Source of the DNA: Solirubrobacterales bacterium
Lineage (GTDB): Bacteria > Actinomycetota > Thermoleophilia > Solirubrobacterales > 70-9
Direction: 5' to 3'
Length of the DNA stretch: 64,000 bases
NCBI GenBank assembly: GCA_035693025.1
Contig: DASSHI010000038.1
Coordinates: forward strand, 41,416 to 105,415
Shown: positions 9,324 to 17,306 of the stretch, one piece after another
How positions within the stretch are numbered: the stretch's first letter is position 1
How the letters are laid out: every line of letters begins with the position of its first letter
Position numbers and translations under genes: made by a program
Notes under the pieces: generated by a model
Databases searched by the model: none
Seen by the model: only the letters and a program-made list of their open reading frames with translations
What the model was told of the DNA's origin: nothing

Positions 9324-9704
9324 CTACTCGCCGATCAGCTCGATGCGGTATCCGTCCGGGTCGCGGACGAAGGCGATGCGGTGGCCCTCGCTGCGGCCGC
9401 CGGGACGGTAGGGGGGCTTCTCGGGCTCGACGCCTTCGGTGGCCAGCCGTTCGAGCGTTCCGTCCAGGTCGTCGACCGCAAGGGCGATGTGGTTGTAGCC
9501 GCTGCCATGCTCGTAGGAGTCGATGCCGTGGTTGTAGGTCAGCTCCAGGCGCGGCATCTCTTCGCCAGGCATCGCCATGAAGACGTTGATCGCCTCGTCG
9601 CCAATCGGCATCCGTCCCGCCACCTCGAAGCCGAGCTTTTCGTAGAACTCGACAGAGCGATCGATCTCGCCGATCCGGTAGCAGGTGTGGAGGAAGCTGG
9701 ACAC
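9324..9704 (-). CDS. gloA: Lactoylglutathione lyase / VOC (glyoxalase I) family protein
   Basis: 126 aa. FLHTCYRIGEIDRSVEFY ... LELTYNHG ... HIALAVDD ... DPDGYRIELI is the glyoxalase I pattern. Confidence 0.8.
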   Translation of the reverse strand: MSSFLHTCYRIGEIDRSVEFYEKLGFEVAGRMPIGDEAINVFMAMPGEEMPRLELTYNHGIDSYEHGSGYNHIALAVDDLDGTLERLATEGVEPEKPPYRPGGRSEGHRIAFVRDPDGYRIELIGE

Positions 9705-9736
9705 GCGGTCTTCTGCGAAGGCTACTGTTTCTCTTC

Positions 9737-10633
9737 ATGACCGAGATGCAGGACAAGGCTGCGCTCGTCCACGGACGCTCGATCTCATATACGGAGGCCG
9801 GCGAGGGGCCGGTGCTGCTGCTGGTGCACGGCATGGCCGGCAGTCGCGAGAACTGGCGCGAGACGATCGAGCCGCTTGCCCGCCACCACACGGTGATCGC
9901 CCCCGACTTCCCGGGCCACGGCAGCTCTGAGGCCGGCGGCGGCGACTATTCGCTCGGGGCGCTTGCCGGTGGCCTGCGCGACCTGCTGCTGACGCTCGGC
10001 CACGAGCGCGCCACCGTCGTCGGCCACTCGCTCGGCGGCGGCGTGGCGATGCAGCTCGCCTACCAGCATCCGGAGACGATCGAACGCCTCGTGCTCGTCT
10101 CCAGCGGCGGGCTCGGCCGCGAGGTCAGCCCCGTCCTGCGCGCCGCGGCGCTTCCCGGCGCCGACCTCTTCATCTCGCTCACCGCCGGCGTGGGGCAGCG
10201 GGCCGGCTCCGTGCTCGGCCGTGGCCTGGGCGCGGTCGGCCTGCGTCCCAGCGCCGACATCGCCGAGGTCGCCCGGGGGTACGCCGCGCTCGAGGACCCG
10301 GCCCGCCGTGCCGCCTTTCTCGCCACCCTGAGCGCCGTCGTCGGCACCGGCGGCCAGCGGGTCCACGCCGGCGACCGGCTCTATCTGGCCGAGGCGGTGC
10401 CGGTGCTGATCGTCTGGGGGGCTCGCGACTCGATCATCCCCGTGCGCCACGGAGAAGAAGCCGTTAGGGCGATACCCGGCGGCCGGCTGGAGGTCTTCGA
10501 GGACGTCGGACACCTGCCGCAGCTGGAGGCGCCCGGGCGCTTCGTCGCCGTGCTCGAACGTTTCCTGCGCGAGACCGAGCCGGCCGAGTTCGACGCCGCG
10601 CAGTGGCGGGCGAGAATCAGGGCCGCCGCTTGA
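9737..10633 (+). CDS. Alpha/beta hydrolase
   Basis: HG oxyanion motif LLLVHGMAG, nucleophile elbow GHSLGG and a C-terminal His in GHLPQLE. Confidence 0.8.
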   Translation: MTEMQDKAALVHGRSISYTEAGEGPVLLLVHGMAGSRENWRETIEPLARHHTVIAPDFPGHGSSEAGGGDYSLGALAGGLRDLLLTLGHERATVVGHSLGGGVAMQLAYQHPETIERLVLVSSGGLGREVSPVLRAAALPGADLFISLTAGVGQRAGSVLGRGLGAVGLRPSADIAEVARGYAALEDPARRAAFLATLSAVVGTGGQRVHAGDRLYLAEAVPVLIVWGARDSIIPVRHGEEAVRAIPGGRLEVFEDVGHLPQLEAPGRFVAVLERFLRETEPAEFDAAQWRARIRAAA

Positions 10634-10714
10634 CGTGCCCGGCCTCGGCGGGCGGTTCCTTGCGCTTGGCAGAGCGGAAATAGCCCGAATGGCGCTCTGA
10701 ATAGAATTTTTGGA

Positions 10715-12850
10715 ATGAGCAACCGTGAGCGACGGCACCGGCGCAGGTCGCGCCACGGTGGCTGGAAGTCGAGACTGGCGATCGTCCTCGGCGCGCTCTT
10801 CATCGCCGGCGCGGTGGCGATCAGCGTCGGCGCGAGCTGGGCGGTCGACGTCTACAACTCGGCGCCGCCGTTGGCCAGTCTGAAACCGGTGCAGAGGGGC
10901 CGCTCCTCGGCGATCTACGCCGCCGACGGCAGCCTGATCGGCTTCATCCGCGCCAGCAGCATCCGTCAGCCGGTTTCCTCCAAGGCCCTGCCGCAGAACC
11001 TCAAATACGCGACGGTGGCGATCGAGGATCGCAACTTCTTCAACCATGGCGCGATCGACCCCGCCGGCATCGCCCGCGCCGCCTGGAAGGACATCCTCGC
11101 CGGCGGCAAGCCGGTCCAGGGCGCCTCGACGATCACCCAGCAGCTCGTCCGCAACCTCTACATCCGCGATCCCGAAGAGACGATCAAGCGCAAGATCGTC
11201 GAAGCGCACCTCGCCTACGAGGAGGAGGAAGCGCACTCGAAGCAGTGGATCCTCAAGGAATATCTCAACACCGCCCCCTACGGCACGGTCGAAGGCGAGA
11301 CCGCGGTCGGCGTCGAGGCGGCGGCGCAGACCTACTACGGCAAGCCCGCCAAGCAGCTGGGGCTGGCCGAAGCGGCGATGATCGCCGGGCTGCCGCAGGC
11401 GCCCTCCGAATACAACCCCTTCCTCGACCCGCAGGCCGCCATCGATCGTCGCAACCAGGTGCTGGAAGCGATGGAGGACCAGGGTTACGTCACGCCGAGC
11501 GAATACCGGAAGGCGCGCCACGAAGGGCTGAATCTTCACCCGGGGCACAAGTACCGGGTGATCCGCGATCCCTTCCTCTTCGACCTCGTGCAGCAGGAGT
11601 TGATCGACAAATACGGCCTCAACACGGTCCGCTACGGCGGCCTCAAGGCCTACACGACGATCGATCCCGCACTGCAGGAACGGGCGCAGGAAGCGGTCGA
11701 CTCCTGCGGCGTCTGCTATTCCGGGGGAGGGCCGGCCGCCGGGCTTGCCTCGGTCGACCCCGACAACGGCGAGATCGTCGCCCTCGCCTCGACCGAGGGC
11801 TCGGAAAGCGAAAGCGAATTCAACTACGCCTGGCAGGCCCATCGCCAGCCAGGCTCATCGTTCAAGACCTACGTGCTGACGACGGCGATCAAGCAGGGCA
11901 TCGATCCCTACAGCACCTACTACGACGGCACCTCGCCGAAGACCCTCGAAACTCCGGGCGGCGGAACCTGGACGGTCAACAACGCCGAGGAGGGCAGCGG
12001 CACGATGTCGCTCGACCAGGCGACCGTCGACTCGGTCAACGTCGTCTTCGCCCAGCTCGATCTTGACGTCGGGCCCGAGAACGTCACCCACACCGCCCAT
12101 CAGATGGGCATCGAAGCGCCGCTCGAATCGGTGCCGGCGGAGGCGATCGGCGGGCTCAGCATCGGCGTCACGCCGCTCGAAATGGCCGACGGCTACGCGA
12201 CGCTCGCCAGCGGCGGCGTCCACCACGACCCGACGGCGATCGCCCGGGTCGAGTTCCCCACCGGCAAGGTCGACGAACCGGAAGCCGACGCAGGCGATCG
12301 CGTCCTCACCCCGGGCGAGGCCTATGAGGTGACGAAGATCCTCGAGGGCGTGATCACCGAAGGCACCGGCGGCCCGGCGTCGATCGGGTGCTCGGCCGAG
12401 GCCGGCAAGACCGGCACCTCGGAGGACCTCTCCGACGCCTGGTTCGTCGGCTACACGCCCAAGTATTCGACCGCAGTCTGGGTCGGCCATCCGCAGTCAC
12501 GCGAAGAAACCGGCTACGGCGGCCCGACCGCGGGGCCGATCTGGCGCTCCTTCATGGAAGCGGCCAACGAAGGCGAATGCGGCGAATTCGCCGAACCGTC
12601 GAGCATGCCCGAGCTTTCCGCCTTCACGGAAGGCCACACCAGCGGCTCGTCCAGCTACTCGGGCGAAGGCGAATACGAAGAACTCGAAGAATACGACGAA
12701 GAAGGCGAAGCGGAAGAAGGCGAAGAAGCAGAAGGCGGTGGGGGCGGTGGCGCCAAGCCCCAGGCGGAAACGTCCCCCGCTCCCGCGCCGACGCCCGCGC
12801 CCACCCCGCCGAGCACGGGCTCGCCCGTCGGTGGAGTCGGCGCCGGCTGA
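10715..12850 (+). CDS. Class A penicillin-binding protein (transglycosylase/transpeptidase, PBP1A)
   Basis: GT51 motif EDRNFFNHGAIDP. Transpeptidase motifs SSFK, SVN and KTGTS. Acidic/Pro-rich C-terminal tail. Confidence 0.9.
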   Translation: MSNRERRHRRRSRHGGWKSRLAIVLGALFIAGAVAISVGASWAVDVYNSAPPLASLKPVQRGRSSAIYAADGSLIGFIRASSIRQPVSSKALPQNLKYATVAIEDRNFFNHGAIDPAGIARAAWKDILAGGKPVQGASTITQQLVRNLYIRDPEETIKRKIVEAHLAYEEEEAHSKQWILKEYLNTAPYGTVEGETAVGVEAAAQTYYGKPAKQLGLAEAAMIAGLPQAPSEYNPFLDPQAAIDRRNQVLEAMEDQGYVTPSEYRKARHEGLNLHPGHKYRVIRDPFLFDLVQQELIDKYGLNTVRYGGLKAYTTIDPALQERAQEAVDSCGVCYSGGGPAAGLASVDPDNGEIVALASTEGSESESEFNYAWQAHRQPGSSFKTYVLTTAIKQGIDPYSTYYDGTSPKTLETPGGGTWTVNNAEEGSGTMSLDQATVDSVNVVFAQLDLDVGPENVTHTAHQMGIEAPLESVPAEAIGGLSIGVTPLEMADGYATLASGGVHHDPTAIARVEFPTGKVDEPEADAGDRVLTPGEAYEVTKILEGVITEGTGGPASIGCSAEAGKTGTSEDLSDAWFVGYTPKYSTAVWVGHPQSREETGYGGPTAGPIWRSFMEAANEGECGEFAEPSSMPELSAFTEGHTSGSSSYSGEGEYEELEEYDEEGEAEEGEEAEGGGGGGAKPQAETSPAPAPTPAPTPPSTGSPVGGVGAG

Positions 12851-12855
12851 GCCTG

Positions 12856-13551
12856 TCAGTCCTCTTTTGCTTTTGCCTTGCCGGCTTTTTCGGCGTCCTT
12901 TTTGGCTTTCTCAGCCATCTTCTTCAGCATGAAATCGTGATCGAGGTCGATCACGGCGCGCGCCTCGGCGCAGGCGATCGGGTCGCGGGCGAGGGTGAGT
13001 TGGTTGTCCTGCTCGACCTCGCCGCCGAATGACCAGTTGGTCGAGCCGGTTACAAGGTAGAGCCCGTCGACGACCATCAGCTTGTCGTGGCTGATTGCGC
13101 CTTTTTCGGAGCGGCCGATCGCAATGCTGTTGCCGTCGAGGTCATTTTTCAGCTTCTCGAGCAGTTCCGGCTCGCCGCCCGAGCCGGCCTCGCTCGAGTC
13201 GAGCGAGAGGGTTACGATCATTTTCGGGTCATGGGCGTAGTGGCGCAGCAGCGAGACCATGTGTCCGTCGGCGAAGCCGTACATATTGATCGCCACCGAA
13301 TTCTTTGCCTGCAGCAGCGCCCAGAGCAGGACCTGGTGGACGCCCCCGTCGCGCGGGGCGTAGAAAGTGAGGTAGTCGCGGTCATAGCCGTGCGGAAACG
13401 CCTCGGCCTGCTTGAACTGACCGAGTTGCCCGAACTCGAGCTCGGCGAGCTGGTTGAGCGAGCGCCCCTCGAGCTCGTCACGTTTCTTGTCCAGGTCGAG
13501 TGGCCACTCCCATTCCTCGAAACCGTTGGACTTTTTCGTGCTTTTAGGAAT
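12856..13551 (-). CDS. Phospholipase D / Nuc-like single-HKD protein (start uncertain)
   Basis: HKD motif HDKLMVVDG...GSTNWS. The frame is open for 86 codons upstream of the first canonical start (GTG 13296), and those codons encode the conserved N-terminal half of the PLD fold (YLTFYAPRDGGVHQVLLWALLQAK). Only ATT (13551) or CTG codons are available there. Confidence 0.65.
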   Translation of the reverse strand: MPKSTKKSNGFEEWEWPLDLDKKRDELEGRSLNQLAELEFGQLGQFKQAEAFPHGYDRDYLTFYAPRDGGVHQVLLWALLQAKNSVAINMYGFADGHMVSLLRHYAHDPKMIVTLSLDSSEAGSGGEPELLEKLKNDLDGNSIAIGRSEKGAISHDKLMVVDGLYLVTGSTNWSFGGEVEQDNQLTLARDPIACAEARAVIDLDHDFMLKKMAEKAKKDAEKAGKAKAKED

Positions 13552-13987
13552 AGGTCATCACCGCCAGCCGCTCGAAACACAGCACGCCCTTGGTCGCGCG
13601 CGGTTCGCTCCCGCGAGTTGCGTGGACGGTCACTTCGAGTCGGTCGGGATTGCCGAGGCGCCGGATCGTCTCGGTAACGTCCATCGAGACGTTGATCGGC
13701 GTGAGGTGATGCTGCGGGCGCCGGTCGAAGCCGCTCACCGGCTTGCGCTTCCAGTCGCAGTGGCCCTCGCCGCCCCAGCATTCGCTGCGAGTGAAGAGGG
13801 TGAAGGAGCCGGCGAAGCGGTCGTGATCGCGTCCCGCGTCGGCGGGCAGCCTGCCAGCGTTGATGAAGACGAACGCCGTGAACGAGCCGGCGTCGCGGTG
13901 GACGTCGACGAACTCTAGGTCGATGCGGCTCACCCCATCGAAAGCGATCGGCGTGGCCAGCGGCTTCGGCGTGGTCCAGGCCTGCAT
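13544..13987 (-). CDS. Tyrosinase/PPO C-terminal (lid) domain-like protein
   Basis: ATGA overlap with the tyrosinase stop. The pattern SFTAFVFINA ... RFAGSFTLF ... INVSMDVTETI resembles the C-terminal shielding domains of polyphenol oxidases. This is recalled from memory, not searched. Confidence 0.5.
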   Translation of the reverse strand: MQAWTTPKPLATPIAFDGVSRIDLEFVDVHRDAGSFTAFVFINAGRLPADAGRDHDRFAGSFTLFTRSECWGGEGHCDWKRKPVSGFDRRPQHHLTPINVSMDVTETIRRLGNPDRLEVTVHATRGSEPRATKGVLCFERLAVMTYS

Positions 13988-14823
13988 CAGTGCGGCCCCG
14001 GCACGGTCGCGGTCTGCGCCGCATACTCGTATCCCAGCGCTTTGACGTCGAGGACATCGCGAATGCGCAGCGAGGGCTCGCGCGCGAACGTCATCGGATG
14101 TTCCAGGGTGGCGTGATCGGGCAGCGCGCCGGGATTGTTGTGCTGCCAGATTCGCCAGAGGCGGTCGACCATCGCGTGGTGGGCCCAGAAGAGCGGGTCG
14201 AAGGCGGCCCAGTTCTGGTCTTCCATCTCTCCGCCGACCCAGACGTGCACGTTGTCGTGGACCCGGGCGCAGCGTTTCCAGAATTCTTCGTAGGAGGGAG
14301 CGGACATGATCCAGGCGGACGCGCCTCCGCCCGAACCGGGGAAGACGGCATCACCGAGCGGCGGGGGCAACGCCAGCGGGTTGTTTCCCGGTGCACGGTG
14401 CGTCTGTCGCGGCCAGCTCTGCCTGCGGGGGATGCCGAGCGGCCTTATCGGCATGCTTGCCAGCACGTTTTTCTTTTTGCTCACTCTCTTGACATCGAAC
14501 GCTTTCGGGATCCAGGGCTCGTCCATCCAGTTCCACCATGGAACCGTTACCTCGGGGTCCACCTCCTGCAGCGCCAGCTCGAAGTGGTAGAGATAGCCGC
14601 GGTGCCACGGCAGGAAGTATTTGTTGTGGTGTTGACAGATCTCCAACGGCACCCCGTGCCAACCGGCAAAGAATTGGTAGCCGCGGTTGTCTTCACGGGC
14701 GAGCATCTCTTCGAGCGCTTTGCGCAGCCGGTTGATTTCCGCAGCCGACATCTGACTGACGTTCTGGCGGACCTTCAGGGCGGCCTGCGCGGGCCGGGCT
14801 GAGGCGGTGACTTGGAGCGTCAT
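13987..14823 (-). CDS. Tyrosinase (type-3 copper protein)
   Basis: CuA site WHGVPLEICQHHNKYFLPWHRGYL. CuB site HDNVHVWVGG...FWAHHAMVDRLW. Confidence 0.85.
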   Translation of the reverse strand: MTLQVTASARPAQAALKVRQNVSQMSAAEINRLRKALEEMLAREDNRGYQFFAGWHGVPLEICQHHNKYFLPWHRGYLYHFELALQEVDPEVTVPWWNWMDEPWIPKAFDVKRVSKKKNVLASMPIRPLGIPRRQSWPRQTHRAPGNNPLALPPPLGDAVFPGSGGGASAWIMSAPSYEEFWKRCARVHDNVHVWVGGEMEDQNWAAFDPLFWAHHAMVDRLWRIWQHNNPGALPDHATLEHPMTFAREPSLRIRDVLDVKALGYEYAAQTATVPGPH

Positions 14824-15047
14824 GGTCGCCGGCTCGAGGCGGAGAGTTGACCTGCCGGCTCGCGGCGGCGCCTGGCTTTGCCGACTCGCTGCGACACCCC
14901 ATGGCGGATGTTGCGCAGTGCAACGCCGCCGAGCAGGGTTGCGACCGGCACCATCGTCAGTGCCGTCTCCTCGACCGGGACTCCTGCGATGTGGGCCGCC
15001 AACATGCGCGCCACTCTCTCAGAGAGGTAGCGAGTATGCAAAAACAA
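14820..15047 (-). CDS. Small hypothetical protein upstream of tyrosinase
   Basis: ATGA overlap with the tyrosinase start. GC3-biased codons from an internal ATG (15005). One hydrophobic segment and no recognised similarity. Confidence 0.3.
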   Translation of the reverse strand: MFLHTRYLSERVARMLAAHIAGVPVEETALTMVPVATLLGGVALRNIRHGVSQRVGKARRRREPAGQLSASSRRP

Positions 15048-15082
15048 CTAAGTATTTATTGATGAGTGGGCCGTGTCCACTG

Positions 15083-15892
15083 TCAGCAGGGAGCCCACGG
15101 GCGGGCGAAGAGGTCATATGACTTGTGGATCGCGCTGAAGCCGATCGCTCGCGCGGTCTTGCAGTACTGCTCGGGCTGCTGTTCGTACTCCGCCTCGAAG
15201 ACGGCCTTGTCCTGGTCGACGAAGGGCTTGTAGTAGCCGCATTCGTGGTACTGGAAGCACTGCTCGACGATCGCGAAGTCGAAGGCGCCGATCAGCTGGC
15301 CCGCCTGGCGGCCGTCGTTCTTCAGTGCGACGGCCATGCCGCGACCGCGCACCTGGCGGGCGACCCAGCGGTTGAAGCGCAGCTGGTCGGCGCGGGTGAT
15401 GCGAAAGCCGGTGTGGTTTTCGCGTTCCCAGCCGGCCAGGTTGTCGGGCTCGACCGCGTCGAAGCCCTTGCGAGCGCACATCGTGAAGCGGCGCTTCAGC
15501 GGCCGCTCGAAGCGGTGGAAATGGCCAACGTCGAGCCAGCGCTCGTCGGGGAAGCCGGCGTAGGCGCGGCCGATGACCGAGCGCGGGAACTCGTTCCTGT
15601 CGGACCGATAGCTCTCCCAGCTGCCGACGTCGAGATAGCAGACGACCTTGCGGCCGCGGTTGTGCAGCCGCCTCACCGTGCGGCGCGAGGTTTCGAAGCC
15701 GTCGACGTCGTAGACCGGCGCCGGTATCGAGAGGTCGATCCTTCCCTGCAGCTGCCACTGCCACGGCGCCTGTGTCAGCTGCGGCTGCCAATGGGCGGAG
15801 GCCGGAGCGCACGATAGGAGCCCGCAGGCGGCCGCTGCGATCGCGGCGCGCGCGCCTCCACGTCCTCTACGCAGCCCCCGCATCAGGTTCAC
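15083..15892 (-). CDS. Secreted endo-alpha-1,4-polygalactosaminidase (GH114) family protein
   Basis: Signal peptide. Motifs VVCYLDVGSWE, GFDAVEPDNL and MAVALKND are typical of GH114. Confidence 0.75.
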   Translation of the reverse strand: MNLMRGLRRGRGGARAAIAAAACGLLSCAPASAHWQPQLTQAPWQWQLQGRIDLSIPAPVYDVDGFETSRRTVRRLHNRGRKVVCYLDVGSWESYRSDRNEFPRSVIGRAYAGFPDERWLDVGHFHRFERPLKRRFTMCARKGFDAVEPDNLAGWERENHTGFRITRADQLRFNRWVARQVRGRGMAVALKNDGRQAGQLIGAFDFAIVEQCFQYHECGYYKPFVDQDKAVFEAEYEQQPEQYCKTARAIGFSAIHKSYDLFARPWAPC

Positions 15893-15921
15893 CTACCCGG
15901 CGACCCGCCGAAGCGATCGCA

Positions 15922-16683
15922 GTGCATGATGTGGCCGTGAGCGGGGCCGACGAGCACGCGTTGATCCGCCGGTACCGCACCGCGCGCCGGGATACCGGCC
16001 TGGCCGTTCTGGAGGGGTTCCACGCGCTCAAGCATGCGCTGCGCTTCGGCGCCGAGGTGGTGGAGGCCGTGGCCGTCGAGCCGGCGGAGCTCGAGGCGCT
16101 GGCCGCCGACCTGGCTCCCGACCTCGCCGGTTCGCTTGCCGAGCGCACGGCGCCGGTGAGCCCCGAGCTGGTGGCCGAGCTGGTGCCGCAGGCGCCGCGC
16201 ACCGGGGTGGTCGCGATCGCCCGCCGTCCGCAGGTCGACCTCGCGGCGGTGCTTGCCCGGCGACGGCCAGAGCCCTTGGTCCTGCTCGAGGACCCGCGCA
16301 CGATGGGCAACATGGGCGCCTGCGTGCGGGTCGCGGCGGCGGCGGATGCCGCCGGCCTGCTGACGACCGGGAGCAACGATCCTTGGCATCCCGACGCCTT
16401 GCGTGCCGCGGCGGGCCTGCACTTCGCCCTTCCCGTCGTCGGCGTCGCCCAGCTGCCCGAGTGCGACCGGCCACTGGTCGCGATCGACCCCGGGGGGGAG
16501 GAGCTGCGTCCGGCCGGGCTGCCGCCGCGGGCGATCCTCGCCTTCGGCACCGAGCGCTACGGCCTCAGCGAGGCTCTGCTCGACCGCGCCGACGCCCGCC
16601 TCGGCATCCCGATGCGGGCCGGAGTCTCCAGCCTCAACCTCGCCACGGCCGTCGCAGCGGTCCTCTTCGCCCAGCGGCTCTAG
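15922..16683 (+). CDS. TrmH/SpoU family RNA 2'-O-methyltransferase
   Basis: SpoU motifs LLEDPRTMGNMGACVR, AFGTERYGLS and IPMRAGVSSLNLATAVA. The GTG start was chosen just past the divergent GH114 start. Confidence 0.75.
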   Translation: MHDVAVSGADEHALIRRYRTARRDTGLAVLEGFHALKHALRFGAEVVEAVAVEPAELEALAADLAPDLAGSLAERTAPVSPELVAELVPQAPRTGVVAIARRPQVDLAAVLARRRPEPLVLLEDPRTMGNMGACVRVAAAADAAGLLTTGSNDPWHPDALRAAAGLHFALPVVGVAQLPECDRPLVAIDPGGEELRPAGLPPRAILAFGTERYGLSEALLDRADARLGIPMRAGVSSLNLATAVAAVLFAQRL

Positions 16684-16781
16684 GGGGCGAAATACGGATG
16701 TCAGCGGCAGGAACTGCCTTTAGCGTGCGAAATACTCAATCTGCGGCGCCACGCCGCGTCCCCTGACCGAAAGGAACGCCC

Positions 16782-17174
16782 GTGCCGTTTGCAGACATCA
16801 ATCTCGGCGACGCTCTCCTGCTCGCACTCGAGATCTTCTTCTTCGTGATCTGGGTCTGGATCTTGATCACGATCCTGAACGACCTCTTCCGCGATCACCA
16901 GCTCTCCGGCGGGTGGAAGGCGGTCTGGGTGCTCTTCCTGGTCCTGATCCCGTTCCTGACCGCGCTGGTCTACCTCATAGCGCGCGGCGACGGCATGCGC
17001 GACAGGACGATAAAGGCGCAGGCCGAGGCGAAACAGCATTTCGACTCCTATGTGCGCCAGCAAGCGCACGGCGGCTCCCCCGCCGACGAACTGCACAAGC
17101 TCAACGACCTGAAGGAAAAGGGCGCCCTCTCCGCCGAGGAGTTCGACAAGGCAAAGGCGAAATTGCTCGCCTGA
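16782..17174 (+). CDS. PLDc_N membrane domain + SHOCT domain protein
   Basis: Two TM helices with the GWKAVWVLFLVLIPFLTALVYLI pattern. C-terminal SHOCT motif ELHKLNDLKEKGALSAEEFDKAKAKLL. Confidence 0.75.
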   Translation: MPFADINLGDALLLALEIFFFVIWVWILITILNDLFRDHQLSGGWKAVWVLFLVLIPFLTALVYLIARGDGMRDRTIKAQAEAKQHFDSYVRQQAHGGSPADELHKLNDLKEKGALSAEEFDKAKAKLLA

Positions 17175-17180
17175 CCGTGC

Positions 17181-17213
17181 CGGCCACCGCGACGACGCTC
17201 GCCGCGGTGGCCG
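17181..17213 (+). terminator. Intrinsic terminator
   Basis: 11-bp stem CGGCCACCGCG / CGCGGTGGCCG followed by TTTCT, 7 nt after the stop codon. Confidence 0.6.
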
Positions 17214-17306
17214 TTTCTCCTGCAAGAGGACCAATTCTGCAAGAGGAGTTGCAAGTTATTAGCAACTCCTAACACTCTTTAGGCGATTTCGCTACGGTGC
17301 GCCGCG

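Noticed and set aside
9785-11842. Very long antisense ORFs. Examples are 9785-11842 (-), 6119-7744 (-), 20626-22308 (+), 22353-24617 (-), 38249-40087 (-), 41439-43379 (-), 44798-46549 (-) and 4588-6153 (-).
   Set aside because: These are Arg/Ala/Gly/Pro/Asp-rich translations with no motifs. Each lies opposite or out of frame to a gene with clear family signatures. They are the typical shadow ORFs of ~70% GC DNA, where stop codons are rare.
17214-17306. A ydaO/c-di-AMP riboswitch upstream of the NlpC/P60 hydrolase, which is a common actinobacterial arrangement.
   Set aside because: The leader is only about 90 nt and lacks the pseudo-two-fold ydaO architecture and conserved ACGGGG/CCCGA-type segments that I would expect.
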